Shown: piece after piece, positions 1 to 8,596 of the stretch
How the letters are laid out: each line of letters begins with the position of its first letter
How positions within the stretch are numbered: the stretch's first letter is position 1
IMG/VR virus record: IMGVR_UViG_3300014773_000009
Location: 30,868 to 94,867 of that record
From: a virus
Lineage: Duplodnaviria; Caudoviricetes
Reading direction: 5' to 3' (one strand)
DNA: 64,000 bases
Notes under the pieces: model-generated
The model's input: the letters and a program-made list of their open reading frames with translations, nothing else
The model's database searches: none
Told to the model about the DNA's origin: nothing
Program-made: the position numbers and the translations under genes

Positions 1-1302
1 ACCACGGCCCGCCCCGTGCTCGCGAACCGCGTTCCCGGTCCAGACGCGACGCAGGTGCCTCGCTCGACGCTGATCAAGCTCGACGTCATGGACACGACGG
101 CCTCGGGGATCAGCCTGGCCGCAACCAAGGTGTACGTGGACGACGTGCTGGCGTTCGACGGTGGCACCTTCCAGGGCGGGTGGAACGGCGGCGGGAGCGC
201 CCACTCGAGCGTCGATGGCGGGCGCACGCGCCGGGTAATCATCGACCCGACCAGCGACTTTGCGAGCCTGGACGGCGTCACCGTGCGGGTCGTCAGCGCG
301 ACCAACGACGGTGCTCTCCTGGATGAGAGCTACCAGTTCACGGTCGAGGACTTCACCGCTCCGGTCGTCGCCAGCGCGCAGGCAACCGGAGAATCCGCGG
401 TGCGCGTGACGTTCGACGAACCAGTGCTCCAGGTGAGTGCCAGCGGCGCTGCGGACGCCCTCAATCCAGCGAACTGGGCCGTCGAGCTCGTGGACGGCGC
501 GCCCGCGGTGTGGGTCACGGTCACGTCGGTGGCGTCGATCACGGACCGCGTGGTCGAGCTCGCGACCGACATCCCGATGACCGCCAAGGCGGTGTACCGC
601 ACGCACGCCACCGCCATCGAGGACCTGTTCGGCAACGCCGTCGAGAGCCCCAACGACGTCGCCACCTTCACGGCGATCGGGGACCAGGCGCCGGGTCGGA
701 GCTTCCACATCATGGAGCTGCTGCCGTCCTGGAACGAGGACGTCGACGCGGGCGACTACGCCAAGTTCATGGGGGTGCTGCAGGAGGTGATCGAGCTCCT
801 GCTCCGCCAGATCGACCGCTGGCCTGAGATCATCGACGTGGACCTCGCGCCCGAGGTGTTCGTGGACGCCATGCTCCAAGACCTGGGCAACCCCTTCTCG
901 TTCGAGCTCACGTTGCTCGAGAAGCGCAAGCTCGCCCGGCTGCTGGTGCCCATCTACAAGTCGAAGGGGCTCGCGCGAGGCATCATCAACGCGATCCGGC
1001 TGTTCCAGGGGGTCGAGGTGTCGCTCGACTACCCCTACTTCGGGGGGCTCAGGATCGGGACGGCGCGCATCGGGTCCACGTTCCGACTGGCCGGTTCAGC
1101 CTACGACGCCTACTCCTATCGCATCCTGGTCGACCAGGCCCTCACCGACGACCAGCGCACCAAGATGAGAGCGATCGCGACCTACATGCAGGTCGCTCAC
1201 GAGCACTTGGTAGCAATCGTGGAGCCCGCGCCGCCGGCGGAAGAGCCCGACCACCTGCAGCTCGGGCGGTCGCACCTCGGCGTCAACTGGCGCCTCCACT
1301 AG
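1..1302 (+). CDS. Baseplate/tail protein with Ig-like domains and C-terminal P2 gpI-like domain (probably 5'-truncated)
   Basis: Frame is open from base 1 (TTARPVL...). Beta-rich Ig-like segments (DFTAPVV...VRVTFDEPV). C-terminal DVDLAPEVFVDAMLQDLG...IYKSKGLARGI resembles phage tail protein I. Confidence 0.7.
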   Translation, partial: TTARPVLANRVPGPDATQVPRSTLIKLDVMDTTASGISLAATKVYVDDVLAFDGGTFQGGWNGGGSAHSSVDGGRTRRVIIDPTSDFASLDGVTVRVVSATNDGALLDESYQFTVEDFTAPVVASAQATGESAVRVTFDEPVLQVSASGAADALNPANWAVELVDGAPAVWVTVTSVASITDRVVELATDIPMTAKAVYRTHATAIEDLFGNAVESPNDVATFTAIGDQAPGRSFHIMELLPSWNEDVDAGDYAKFMGVLQEVIELLLRQIDRWPEIIDVDLAPEVFVDAMLQDLGNPFSFELTLLEKRKLARLLVPIYKSKGLARGIINAIRLFQGVEVSLDYPYFGGLRIGTARIGSTFRLAGSAYDAYSYRILVDQALTDDQRTKMRAIATYMQVAHEHLVAIVEPAPPAEEPDHLQLGRSHLGVNWRLH

Positions 1303-1348
1303 GCCGCGCCTACGCGCTCTGGTGGGTGTGGACTGAGACGGTCAGCCC

Positions 1349-3172
1349 GTGGCCAACCGCAGGAACTTCTTTTTCGACCAGCTCGTGGAGGAAGACGAGC
1401 TCGACGCCGCGTTCGATGGGGTCGAGCAGGCCGACTTCAACCAAAACGTCGACCTCGGGCTGATCGGAATCACGACTGGGTTGGCGGCTGCTCAGCACAG
1501 CCCAACCGCAGACCTCACAGTCGACGTGGCGGTGGGCAACGCCTACGACAAGCAGGGCCGGCGGCTCAACGTCCCCTCGCTGCAGGTCGTGAACCTGGCC
1601 GTCGACTCGAACAGCGTCAGCACGTCGGTCGTCAACGTCGGCAACTCGAAGATCGTCAGCCTGTTCCTGCGGTTCAAGCGCAACCAGGGCGACCAGCGGA
1701 CCGACGGAAACGCCGTCACGGTCTACTTCGTCCAGGACGAGGGCTTCGAGTTCTTCGTCGAGCAGGGCGCGGAAGCGGTTACGCCCACCCCACCGGCGCT
1801 GCGCAACGACTCGATCCTGCTTGCAGACATCACGCGCACCTTCGGGCAGACCCAGATCGTCAACGCCAACATCTCGGGCACGCGGCGGGAGCACCAGTTC
1901 GTTCTGGCCGCGGGCTCGCTCACCGTCGCTGCCGGCACACCGGAGGCCTCGGACCAGGCGGTGCTGACGCACCTCAACAACCACGTGACCGGCGTCGCGA
2001 ACCTGCATCCAGCGTCGGCGGTGGACTACGCCGGCGGGTCCGCGTGGGCCGACGGCGTCACCAACCCGGCTACCACGGTGGAGGCTCAGATCGACAAGAT
2101 CCTGAGCGAGCTCGCCTCCACCAGCGGCAGCGGCGCGGACAAGATCGGCATCAAAGCTCGCACTGCGTGGCGCGGAGGCGGGACCAACCCGGCCGGAACC
2201 CTGTTCTCCGCGATCGACGCAATCATCACCGATCTCGCGCTCCAAACCGCATCCAACGACGGAGCCGAGCGCATCGGAGCGCAGGCTTCCGGTGGTCTTG
2301 CGGCGGGGAGCGTGCGCTCCCAACTGGACGAACTCGACAACGAGAAGGGGGGCGTGGCGACAGCCAACAACTGGACGCAGCCACAGGAGTTCGCTGAGAT
2401 CGACGTAGGCTCCGACGCCACGTTTCAGGCGCAGCTGATCCTGTCCGGGGGCGGTGAAGAGAGCCCGGCGATCCTCGATTGCACCCGCGCGCTCACGAAC
2501 TACACCCAGATCTTGCGGGTGCTCATCGATGCGATCCCAACCGGCTCCTACGGCCGGTTCATGGGCATCAAGAACGAGCCAGGAACCGCCGACGAAGACA
2601 CGCCGTATGCGGGCAACCTCCTCTTTACGACGAACGCCAAGATCGTCTCGAGCCAGTGGAATCGCGATGCAAGCGGCGACAGCTGGGCGTTCGCGATTGG
2701 CGGGACCGGCGGGGACGCGCAGGGCGGCATCACCGTCCTGTATCGCGACTCCACATCGGCTAGCGCGTGGACGGACTGGGAGCAGCACATCCACGTCTCG
2801 CCGCTGATCCCCAACGCCAACAACGCCAACGTCAGCCACACGCTCACTCCGAAGAACATGTGCTCGGCGTGGGTGCGTGCGCGCACCGACGGCGCTGGCA
2901 ATGTGTCGGTGGTCGATGGGTTCAACGTCTCGGGGGTTGGCATCAGCGGATCCAACATCCTCGAGATCACCTTCGCTCGAGCGATGGCAGACGCGAACTA
3001 CGCGTACTCCGCCATGGACGGCACCGACGAGACCGTGGCAGGCTTCTACAAGACCAAGAGCGTGTCGACGACCGTGCTGGGCATCGGCCGCACCACGGAC
3101 GGATCGGCGGCAACGAACCTCAGCACGACCGCGATGGACATCGTGGTGGTCGTCACCGGCGCCACCTCCTAG
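1349..3172 (+). CDS. Tail fibre / baseplate-attached fibre protein
   Basis: 607 aa, G/A/T/S-rich, internal repeats (GADKIG/GAERIG; TVEAQIDKI/SVRSQLDEL), directly follows the baseplate gene. Confidence 0.65.
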   Translation: MANRRNFFFDQLVEEDELDAAFDGVEQADFNQNVDLGLIGITTGLAAAQHSPTADLTVDVAVGNAYDKQGRRLNVPSLQVVNLAVDSNSVSTSVVNVGNSKIVSLFLRFKRNQGDQRTDGNAVTVYFVQDEGFEFFVEQGAEAVTPTPPALRNDSILLADITRTFGQTQIVNANISGTRREHQFVLAAGSLTVAAGTPEASDQAVLTHLNNHVTGVANLHPASAVDYAGGSAWADGVTNPATTVEAQIDKILSELASTSGSGADKIGIKARTAWRGGGTNPAGTLFSAIDAIITDLALQTASNDGAERIGAQASGGLAAGSVRSQLDELDNEKGGVATANNWTQPQEFAEIDVGSDATFQAQLILSGGGEESPAILDCTRALTNYTQILRVLIDAIPTGSYGRFMGIKNEPGTADEDTPYAGNLLFTTNAKIVSSQWNRDASGDSWAFAIGGTGGDAQGGITVLYRDSTSASAWTDWEQHIHVSPLIPNANNANVSHTLTPKNMCSAWVRARTDGAGNVSVVDGFNVSGVGISGSNILEITFARAMADANYAYSAMDGTDETVAGFYKTKSVSTTVLGIGRTTDGSAATNLSTTAMDIVVVVTGATS

Positions 3173-3215
3173 CGCCGATGCGCAGGCGAGTGCCCAGCCG
3201 TGGATGGTACGGAGC

Positions 3216-3521
3216 ATGGACGCTCCGTCGACTCCCGCCGAATTCATCGAGTTTCTGACCTCCGAGGACGCCTACATGGTGGCCGCTGGCGTGGTCTTCC
3301 TGGTGGTATGGGCGGTGCCCCGCATTCCGGCGCTGGCCGCGCTCTTCTTGACCGAGGCGCGGCGCGCCGCGCTCGCGCTGGCGATGTCGGTGCTCCCAGC
3401 CATCGGCTTCGCGCTCATGTCGCACGCGCCCGCCAAGCGCATCGTCGCAATCGCGCTCGTGGCGCTGCTGGCTGGTCTCACCCCGCCCGCCCCCAAGCCC
3501 GCCGAGCCGAAGTCGGGCTGA
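3216..3521 (+). CDS. Putative holin (about 3 TM segments)
   Basis: 101 aa, three hydrophobic stretches, first gene of the lysis region. Confidence 0.5.
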   Translation: MDAPSTPAEFIEFLTSEDAYMVAAGVVFLVVWAVPRIPALAALFLTEARRAALALAMSVLPAIGFALMSHAPAKRIVAIALVALLAGLTPPAPKPAEPKSG

Positions 3522-3928
3522 TGCTTCTCGCGCTGGTGGAGCCTGCTGGGGCGGTCGAGCAGAGCGCGATGCAGCTCGTGCGCGAGACCGTACTCGGCGC
3601 CATCTGCATCGTGGCCACCACGATTGCAGTCTGGGCGGTGCTCACCCTGAAGAAGGTCCAGGACCAGCGCGTCACGGACCAGGTCTCGATGGCTGATCGC
3701 GCCGAGAAGAGCAACGAGAAGGACCGGGAAAGAACCGACAAGCAGACGGTCGCCATCGTCGAGCTCGCGCAGGCCATCAAGGAAAACACGCGCAGCCAAG
3801 AAACGATGAAGGGCGCGATCGAGAACCAGAGCCGCCTCTTCGAGAAGCAGTCGGAGTGGATGCGCACCCTGTGGGCCAAGAGCTCGGGCCAGTACTCCGC
3901 GGTGCGACCCAAGAAGGACGAGGACTGA
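3521..3928 (+). CDS. Single-TM coiled-coil membrane protein (holin/antiholin-like)
   Basis: Start overlaps upstream stop (TGATG); TM VLGAICIVATTIAVWAVL followed by charged helical region. Confidence 0.45.
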   Translation: MLLALVEPAGAVEQSAMQLVRETVLGAICIVATTIAVWAVLTLKKVQDQRVTDQVSMADRAEKSNEKDRERTDKQTVAIVELAQAIKENTRSQETMKGAIENQSRLFEKQSEWMRTLWAKSSGQYSAVRPKKDED

Positions 3929-3930
3929 CC

Positions 3931-4179
3931 ATGATCACGACGTGGCTGGATCGGTTGCTGCTGGGCAAGGAAGCCGTCGAGCGCGGACAGGAGGCTGAGT
4001 CGAGGCTGAGACAGGCCGACCGGATCCGGGAGGTGCTCGACGCAGAGGAGACCCGTCAGCTCGGCCGGCTGGAGTCTGAAGCGCGCGCGACCAGGCAGCT
4101 GGCCGAACTCTCGCGCGCGGACTCCTGCCGACCCTTGCGGCATCCGAGCCTGCCCGAGATCGAACTGGAGGTGTCATGA
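3931..4179 (+). CDS. Hypothetical protein
   Basis: Coupled small ORF (MITTWLDRLL...) within the operon. Confidence 0.5.
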   Translation: MITTWLDRLLLGKEAVERGQEAESRLRQADRIREVLDAEETRQLGRLESEARATRQLAELSRADSCRPLRHPSLPEIELEVS

Positions 4180-4583
4180 CGGAGTCGAAGGTTCCACACG
4201 ACCGGGTCGACGTGGTTCGAGCGGCCTACTCCCTCGTGGTGATGACGCGCGAGACGATGCGTCGAGCGATGCTGCTGCTCGTGGCGGTGGGGGTGCTCAC
4301 GCTGGGCGCGGTGATCACGCTCATCGTCTGCGCCATCTACATCCACAAGCAAACCGCACTCGTCGAGGAGATGCTGCTCGAGCAGCAGGCGACCCGTGCC
4401 ACCGCTCAGAGCGCCGAGCAGGCGGCCGCTACCGTGAAGGAGGAGCTCGACGCGCTTCCGACGCTCGAGATCGTTCCGGTGCCGGCGTCCGCGTCGGCGC
4501 TGGTGGTCGTGCGTCCGCGGTCCGTGCCGACCAGCGCTCCTCGGCCGGCCCCGGCCACTCTGTCGACCGGAGGTTCCCCGTGA
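4176..4583 (+). CDS. Membrane protein, i-spanin-like
   Basis: One TM helix, then a coiled coil and a Pro-rich tail; adjacent to a lipoprotein gene. Confidence 0.4.
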   Translation: MTESKVPHDRVDVVRAAYSLVVMTRETMRRAMLLLVAVGVLTLGAVITLIVCAIYIHKQTALVEEMLLEQQATRATAQSAEQAAATVKEELDALPTLEIVPVPASASALVVVRPRSVPTSAPRPAPATLSTGGSP

Positions 4584-5044
4584 TGTGTTCTCTGCTGCGG
4601 CGATTTGCCCACGTCTTCACCGTGCTGGCGCTGACGCTGGTCTCGATCGCGCTGGCTGGCTGCAAGGAGTTCTTGGCGGCCATGCCCAAGGTGGTGTCGG
4701 TGGTCCAGGATGCGATGCTCATTCTGGATCAAATCGAGGGCTTCACGGGGCAGTACTTCCAGGCCCACCCGAGCCCTGACAAGGAGCGCGCGGTGGCCGA
4801 TGCGCTGAGGCGCTCGCGCCACGCCCTGATCGCAGCGCAGCGGGCGGGGACTGGCGCCGACAAGTTGGACAAGGGCACGACGCTGTCGGCGCTGGCCGAC
4901 TTCCAGGCGGCCTACAGCGAACTGCTGAAGGCCTGCGAGGGCATCCCGGGGCTGAGCGTTGGGGCGATGGGAGATGCCGCGCCGCCGGGTGGCCTCACGG
5001 TCCCGGAGCCGGTGGCGATGGGGACGCTCGTTCTGGAGGAGTAG
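4580..5044 (+). CDS. Lipoprotein, o-spanin-like
   Basis: Signal peptide with lipobox LAGC; lysis cassette context. Confidence 0.45.
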   Translation: MMCSLLRRFAHVFTVLALTLVSIALAGCKEFLAAMPKVVSVVQDAMLILDQIEGFTGQYFQAHPSPDKERAVADALRRSRHALIAAQRAGTGADKLDKGTTLSALADFQAAYSELLKACEGIPGLSVGAMGDAAPPGGLTVPEPVAMGTLVLEE

Positions 5045-5048
5045 TTCG

Positions 5049-5444
5049 ATGGACGGCGACGCGTCGCAAGCGCTGGCGGAGCTGTACGGAGCGAAGATCC
5101 AGGCGCTCAGCACCGACCTCACCAAGATCGGCGAAGAACTCGCTGCCACCAGGACGGAGCTCGGCGAGTTTCGCGCGGAGATTGCGACCGAGATGCGGCT
5201 TCAGCGGGGAGCGCTCGAGTCGATGGTGCAGCTGTTGACGGGTGCTGCCGAGGACCGATCGGATGGTGCTCGCCTCAAGAAGAGCGTCACCGACTCGGTC
5301 GTGATCGCAGCCCGTCGGGTGCTCATGCTCAAGGGCGGCGCCGGGTCGCTGCTCCACCTCGCAGACGCGCTGGACCGGCTCGACGCGCTCGACGAGACCA
5401 CCGATCCGGGTGGACCGACCACGATGCCGCCGGACGCGGGCTGA
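5049..5444 (+). CDS. Hypothetical coiled-coil protein
   Basis: MDGDASQALAELYG..., heptad pattern, coupled to next gene. Confidence 0.5.
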   Translation: MDGDASQALAELYGAKIQALSTDLTKIGEELAATRTELGEFRAEIATEMRLQRGALESMVQLLTGAAEDRSDGARLKKSVTDSVVIAARRVLMLKGGAGSLLHLADALDRLDALDETTDPGGPTTMPPDAG

Positions 5445-6235
5445 TGCGGCGCGGCTTCGGCTGGCTGCCGGACCTGCCGAAGCGAGCGAGCGCGGAGCGT
5501 CCGGACTGGACCTTCGAGGAGGCGATGCTGCGCGCGCCCTCGAAGGCGGTGCTGCCAGAGGCGCACTCGAACAGCCGGCTCGTGCTCTCGGTGCTCGATC
5601 AGCTCGAGCTCGGCGCATGCGTGGCGTGTGCCGGGTTCCAGGCCATCCGGATGGCTGAGGTTCGGCAGGGTGTTGCCGCGCCAAAGCTTGGGGCGCGCCT
5701 CTTCAACTACTATCTCTCGCGCGCCGCGCACGGTCTGGCAGCGTTCGACGCGGGCACACAGCTCCGCACGTTCTTCTGGACGCTGAACAAGTTTGGCTTC
5801 CTCTCGGAGGACAGCTACCCGTTCGGCTACGACATCCACCGGTTCGCTGAGTCACCACCGGCGATCGCGTACACGAGGGCGCTGGACCAGAAGTCGCCCA
5901 CCAGGTACTGGGGCATCGGGGAAGGGCCAGCACGCATCGACCAGGTGAAGCGGGCGGTGTCGCTTGGTTATGGCGTGTGCTTCGGCGTGCAGGTTGGCGC
6001 ACCCTTCGCGGACTGGCAGATCGACCCCGGCACGCCTCTCGACCCGCCATCTGCGCGCGCGGTGACCTTCGGCCACGCGATGCTCATCGAGGGGTACGGC
6101 GGGGACGTGTTCACGGTCCTGAACTCGTGGGGTGAACAGTTTGGGGACCGCGGGCGCTGCCTGTTCACCGCCGACTACATCAACGCCGCCCATTCGGTAT
6201 GGGTGGTCGAGTCCGTTCCGAGGAGACGACGATGA
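5444..6235 (+). CDS. Papain-family (C1A) cysteine peptidase
   Basis: DQLELGAC (Q...C), GHAMLIEGY (His), VLNSWGEQFGDRG (Asn): full triad. Confidence 0.85.
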   Translation: MRRGFGWLPDLPKRASAERPDWTFEEAMLRAPSKAVLPEAHSNSRLVLSVLDQLELGACVACAGFQAIRMAEVRQGVAAPKLGARLFNYYLSRAAHGLAAFDAGTQLRTFFWTLNKFGFLSEDSYPFGYDIHRFAESPPAIAYTRALDQKSPTRYWGIGEGPARIDQVKRAVSLGYGVCFGVQVGAPFADWQIDPGTPLDPPSARAVTFGHAMLIEGYGGDVFTVLNSWGEQFGDRGRCLFTADYINAAHSVWVVESVPRRRR

Positions 6236-6507
6236 AAGTGCCCGTGCTGATGGTCTTGGCCGCGTGTGGTCCCGAGCTCGCACCGGCGGCGCCGGCGCAA
6301 ACGACCAGTGCCACCGCCCCAACCTGCGCGGAGGCGTGCGCGCACGCGCGCGAGCTCGGCTGCGAGGTCGGACTTCCGACAGATGCCGGCACGACCTGCG
6401 AGGAGGTCTGCGGCACGGTCGAGGGGCTCGGGCTGGACGAGGCTCGGTGGCCGATCGCCTGTGTGCTCAGCGCCACCACCTGCGACCAGGCCGACCTCTG
6501 CCAGTGA
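6232..6507 (+). CDS. Small Cys-rich lipoprotein
   Basis: AGGAG RBS, lipobox LAAC, eight further Cys. Confidence 0.6.
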   Translation: MKVPVLMVLAACGPELAPAAPAQTTSATAPTCAEACAHARELGCEVGLPTDAGTTCEEVCGTVEGLGLDEARWPIACVLSATTCDQADLCQ

Positions 6508-6514
6508 GGTTTCC

Positions 6515-8056
6515 GTGGGCCGACAGACCATCATCCAGCGAGGCACGGGCGAAGACGTCTTCGTCTACATGCACATCGAGGGAGCCTACATCGCCGAGCA
6601 GGCGAAGAAGGCCACCAAGGACACGGTCGTGTCCGAGCTCTGGGGTGCCGGAACGAGCGTCTACAAGACGGTCATCGCCGGGTACGGCGGGTGGCAGAAG
6701 TACATGGACACCATCGCGGGACTGGCGGGGCGCCGGAGCTTCGAGCACGAGTGCCTGACCACGTGGAGCGCGGGGTCCGAAGTCCTCAAGACGGTCTGCC
6801 GCGGCGCGCGCCAGCCACATGCGATCGTGTCGCTCGACGGCCTGTACGGTACCAAGCCTCCGGGCTCGAAGCCGGGGGACGGCAACGTGCTGTTCGACGC
6901 TGGTATCGAGGCGGTCGCGAACTACGCGGTCGCCGCGGCGCGCGGTGACCGGATCTTCGTCCTGCTGCACTCCTCGATCTCCACGCCCTACGGATCGAGC
7001 GGCGAGGTCGCCGCACGGATTCGAAGACACGTGGAGGAGACGCTCGGGCGGCCGATGGAGAACGACAGCTCCATCACCGCAGCCGAGCTCGACCAGCACC
7101 AGTTCAGCGAGGCGCTCGTGCTGGGCAATTTCCACCTGCTCGAGTTCCCTGGGCGGGACGCCAAGGAGCATGTGCGTGAGGCGCACCTGTTCGACGAGGT
7201 CTGGCGACGCTGGATCCCGTGGGCAACCACGGACAGCGGGACGCCTTCCGACGCCGTTCCGGCCGCACCGACGGTTCTCGGCCTGGGTGCCAAAGGCGAC
7301 GCGGTGAAGACCTGGCAGACCTACCTCGTGGGGCGCGGCGCGCAGATCAAGGCCGATGGCGACTTCGGGCCGAAGACGGCATCGGCCACCAAGCAGTTTC
7401 AGCTCGAGCAAGGACTGGAGCAGACGGGCGAACTCGACGCGGCCACGCGCGAAGCGGCAGGCCGCAACGGGTTCTGCCAACCGATGGGCGGTCCTCAGCA
7501 GCCGGTGGAGCAGCGTGGCGTCGAGTGGCCTCCGTTCCCGCCGTTTCAGCCCCTGGTTGGCAACGCCGCGCGCGTCGCGGCGTGGGGGGCGATCCGGTAC
7601 GAGTCTGCGCCGACTCCGGGCAACCCAGAGGGCATCAGGATCCTGGATGGCTGGGACCGCGCCAACATCGTGATGGTCGCGCTCCCGCAGCTGCGCGGAC
7701 TGGTGGGAGCACCGGCCGACGGCCGCGTTCCGTTCCACCGCGCCGGCGCCGACCGCTTGCGCGAGCTGTTCGAGCGGTGGGAGCGCGCAGGGCTGCTTCC
7801 GTTGGTCAAGACGTGGGCGGGGAGCTGGGCCCCACGATTCATCCGCGGTAGCCGCTCGACGCTGAGTAACCATGCTTTCGGGACCGCGTTCGACATCAAC
7901 GCTGCCTGGAACCCGCTGGGGACGGTGCCCCCGCTCGCGGGGCGCATCGGGTCGGTGCGCGAGCTCGTTCCGATCGCCAACGAGCTCGGCTTCTTCTGGG
8001 GCGGACACTTCGCCTCACGCCCAGATGGAATGCACTTCGAGTTGGCGACACCCTGA
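6515..8056 (+). CDS. Modular endolysin: alpha/beta-hydrolase-like + peptidoglycan-binding + M15 peptidase
   Basis: PG-binding motif (GAKGDAVKTWQ...DGDFGPKT...FQ...GL); M15 motifs SNHAFGTAFDIN and DGMHFE; N-terminal WSAG elbow. Confidence 0.85.
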   Translation: MGRQTIIQRGTGEDVFVYMHIEGAYIAEQAKKATKDTVVSELWGAGTSVYKTVIAGYGGWQKYMDTIAGLAGRRSFEHECLTTWSAGSEVLKTVCRGARQPHAIVSLDGLYGTKPPGSKPGDGNVLFDAGIEAVANYAVAAARGDRIFVLLHSSISTPYGSSGEVAARIRRHVEETLGRPMENDSSITAAELDQHQFSEALVLGNFHLLEFPGRDAKEHVREAHLFDEVWRRWIPWATTDSGTPSDAVPAAPTVLGLGAKGDAVKTWQTYLVGRGAQIKADGDFGPKTASATKQFQLEQGLEQTGELDAATREAAGRNGFCQPMGGPQQPVEQRGVEWPPFPPFQPLVGNAARVAAWGAIRYESAPTPGNPEGIRILDGWDRANIVMVALPQLRGLVGAPADGRVPFHRAGADRLRELFERWERAGLLPLVKTWAGSWAPRFIRGSRSTLSNHAFGTAFDINAAWNPLGTVPPLAGRIGSVRELVPIANELGFFWGGHFASRPDGMHFELATP

Positions 8057-8068
8057 GGAGGACCACCC

Positions 8069-8371
8069 ATGCGACAAGAAGCGCTCAACGTCGAGTGTCC
8101 CAACAGCATCGCCGCTGGAGCGGCGTTGCCGTGCGCCGGGCTGGTGAACAAGTACATCCACGTGCACGGCACCTTCACTGCGACCGTGTCGCTGGAGGGT
8201 CGAGCGCGCGGCGGGGCGACGCCATCACCGTGGGTGGTGATCGCAAGCGTGAGCGCGCCGGGGCTGACGGCTGTGCCTCAGCCCTTCGCGGAAGTGCGCT
8301 GCAACGTCACCGCCTTCACCTCGGGTGACCCGGAAGCGGTGCTCATGGGGGACAACTCCCGCACCGAGTAG
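8069..8371 (+). CDS. Hypothetical beta-sandwich protein
   Basis: GAGGAGG RBS, beta-strand pattern. Confidence 0.55.
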   Translation: MRQEALNVECPNSIAAGAALPCAGLVNKYIHVHGTFTATVSLEGRARGGATPSPWVVIASVSAPGLTAVPQPFAEVRCNVTAFTSGDPEAVLMGDNSRTE

Positions 8372-8535
8372 CGGATCGCCACGGCGTCGTCGTCTACGAC
8401 GACCTCCACCATCTCGGGCAGCGTCGCGGCGACAGCGGCCGCCGCGGCGCGCGCCACCGATTCGCTCACCCCCTCAGCGAGCAGACGATCCATCAGCAGG
8501 CGCTCGGCCAGGTCGCGGATGGTCTCTTCGTCCAC
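8278..8535 (-). CDS. Possible small hypothetical protein, antisense to the late operon
   Basis: Fills the 8372-8596 gap with a natural-looking helical sequence, but overlaps the upstream gene. Confidence 0.3.
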   Translation of the reverse strand: MDEETIRDLAERLLMDRLLAEGVSESVARAAAAAVAATLPEMVEVVVDDDAVAIRYSVRELSPMSTASGSPEVKAVTLQRTSAKG

Positions 8536-8596
8536 GCGACCCAGCGTAGGCTGGTGCCGTCGAGAGCACCACGCCGCGCTCGCCTACCGTGTGCGC

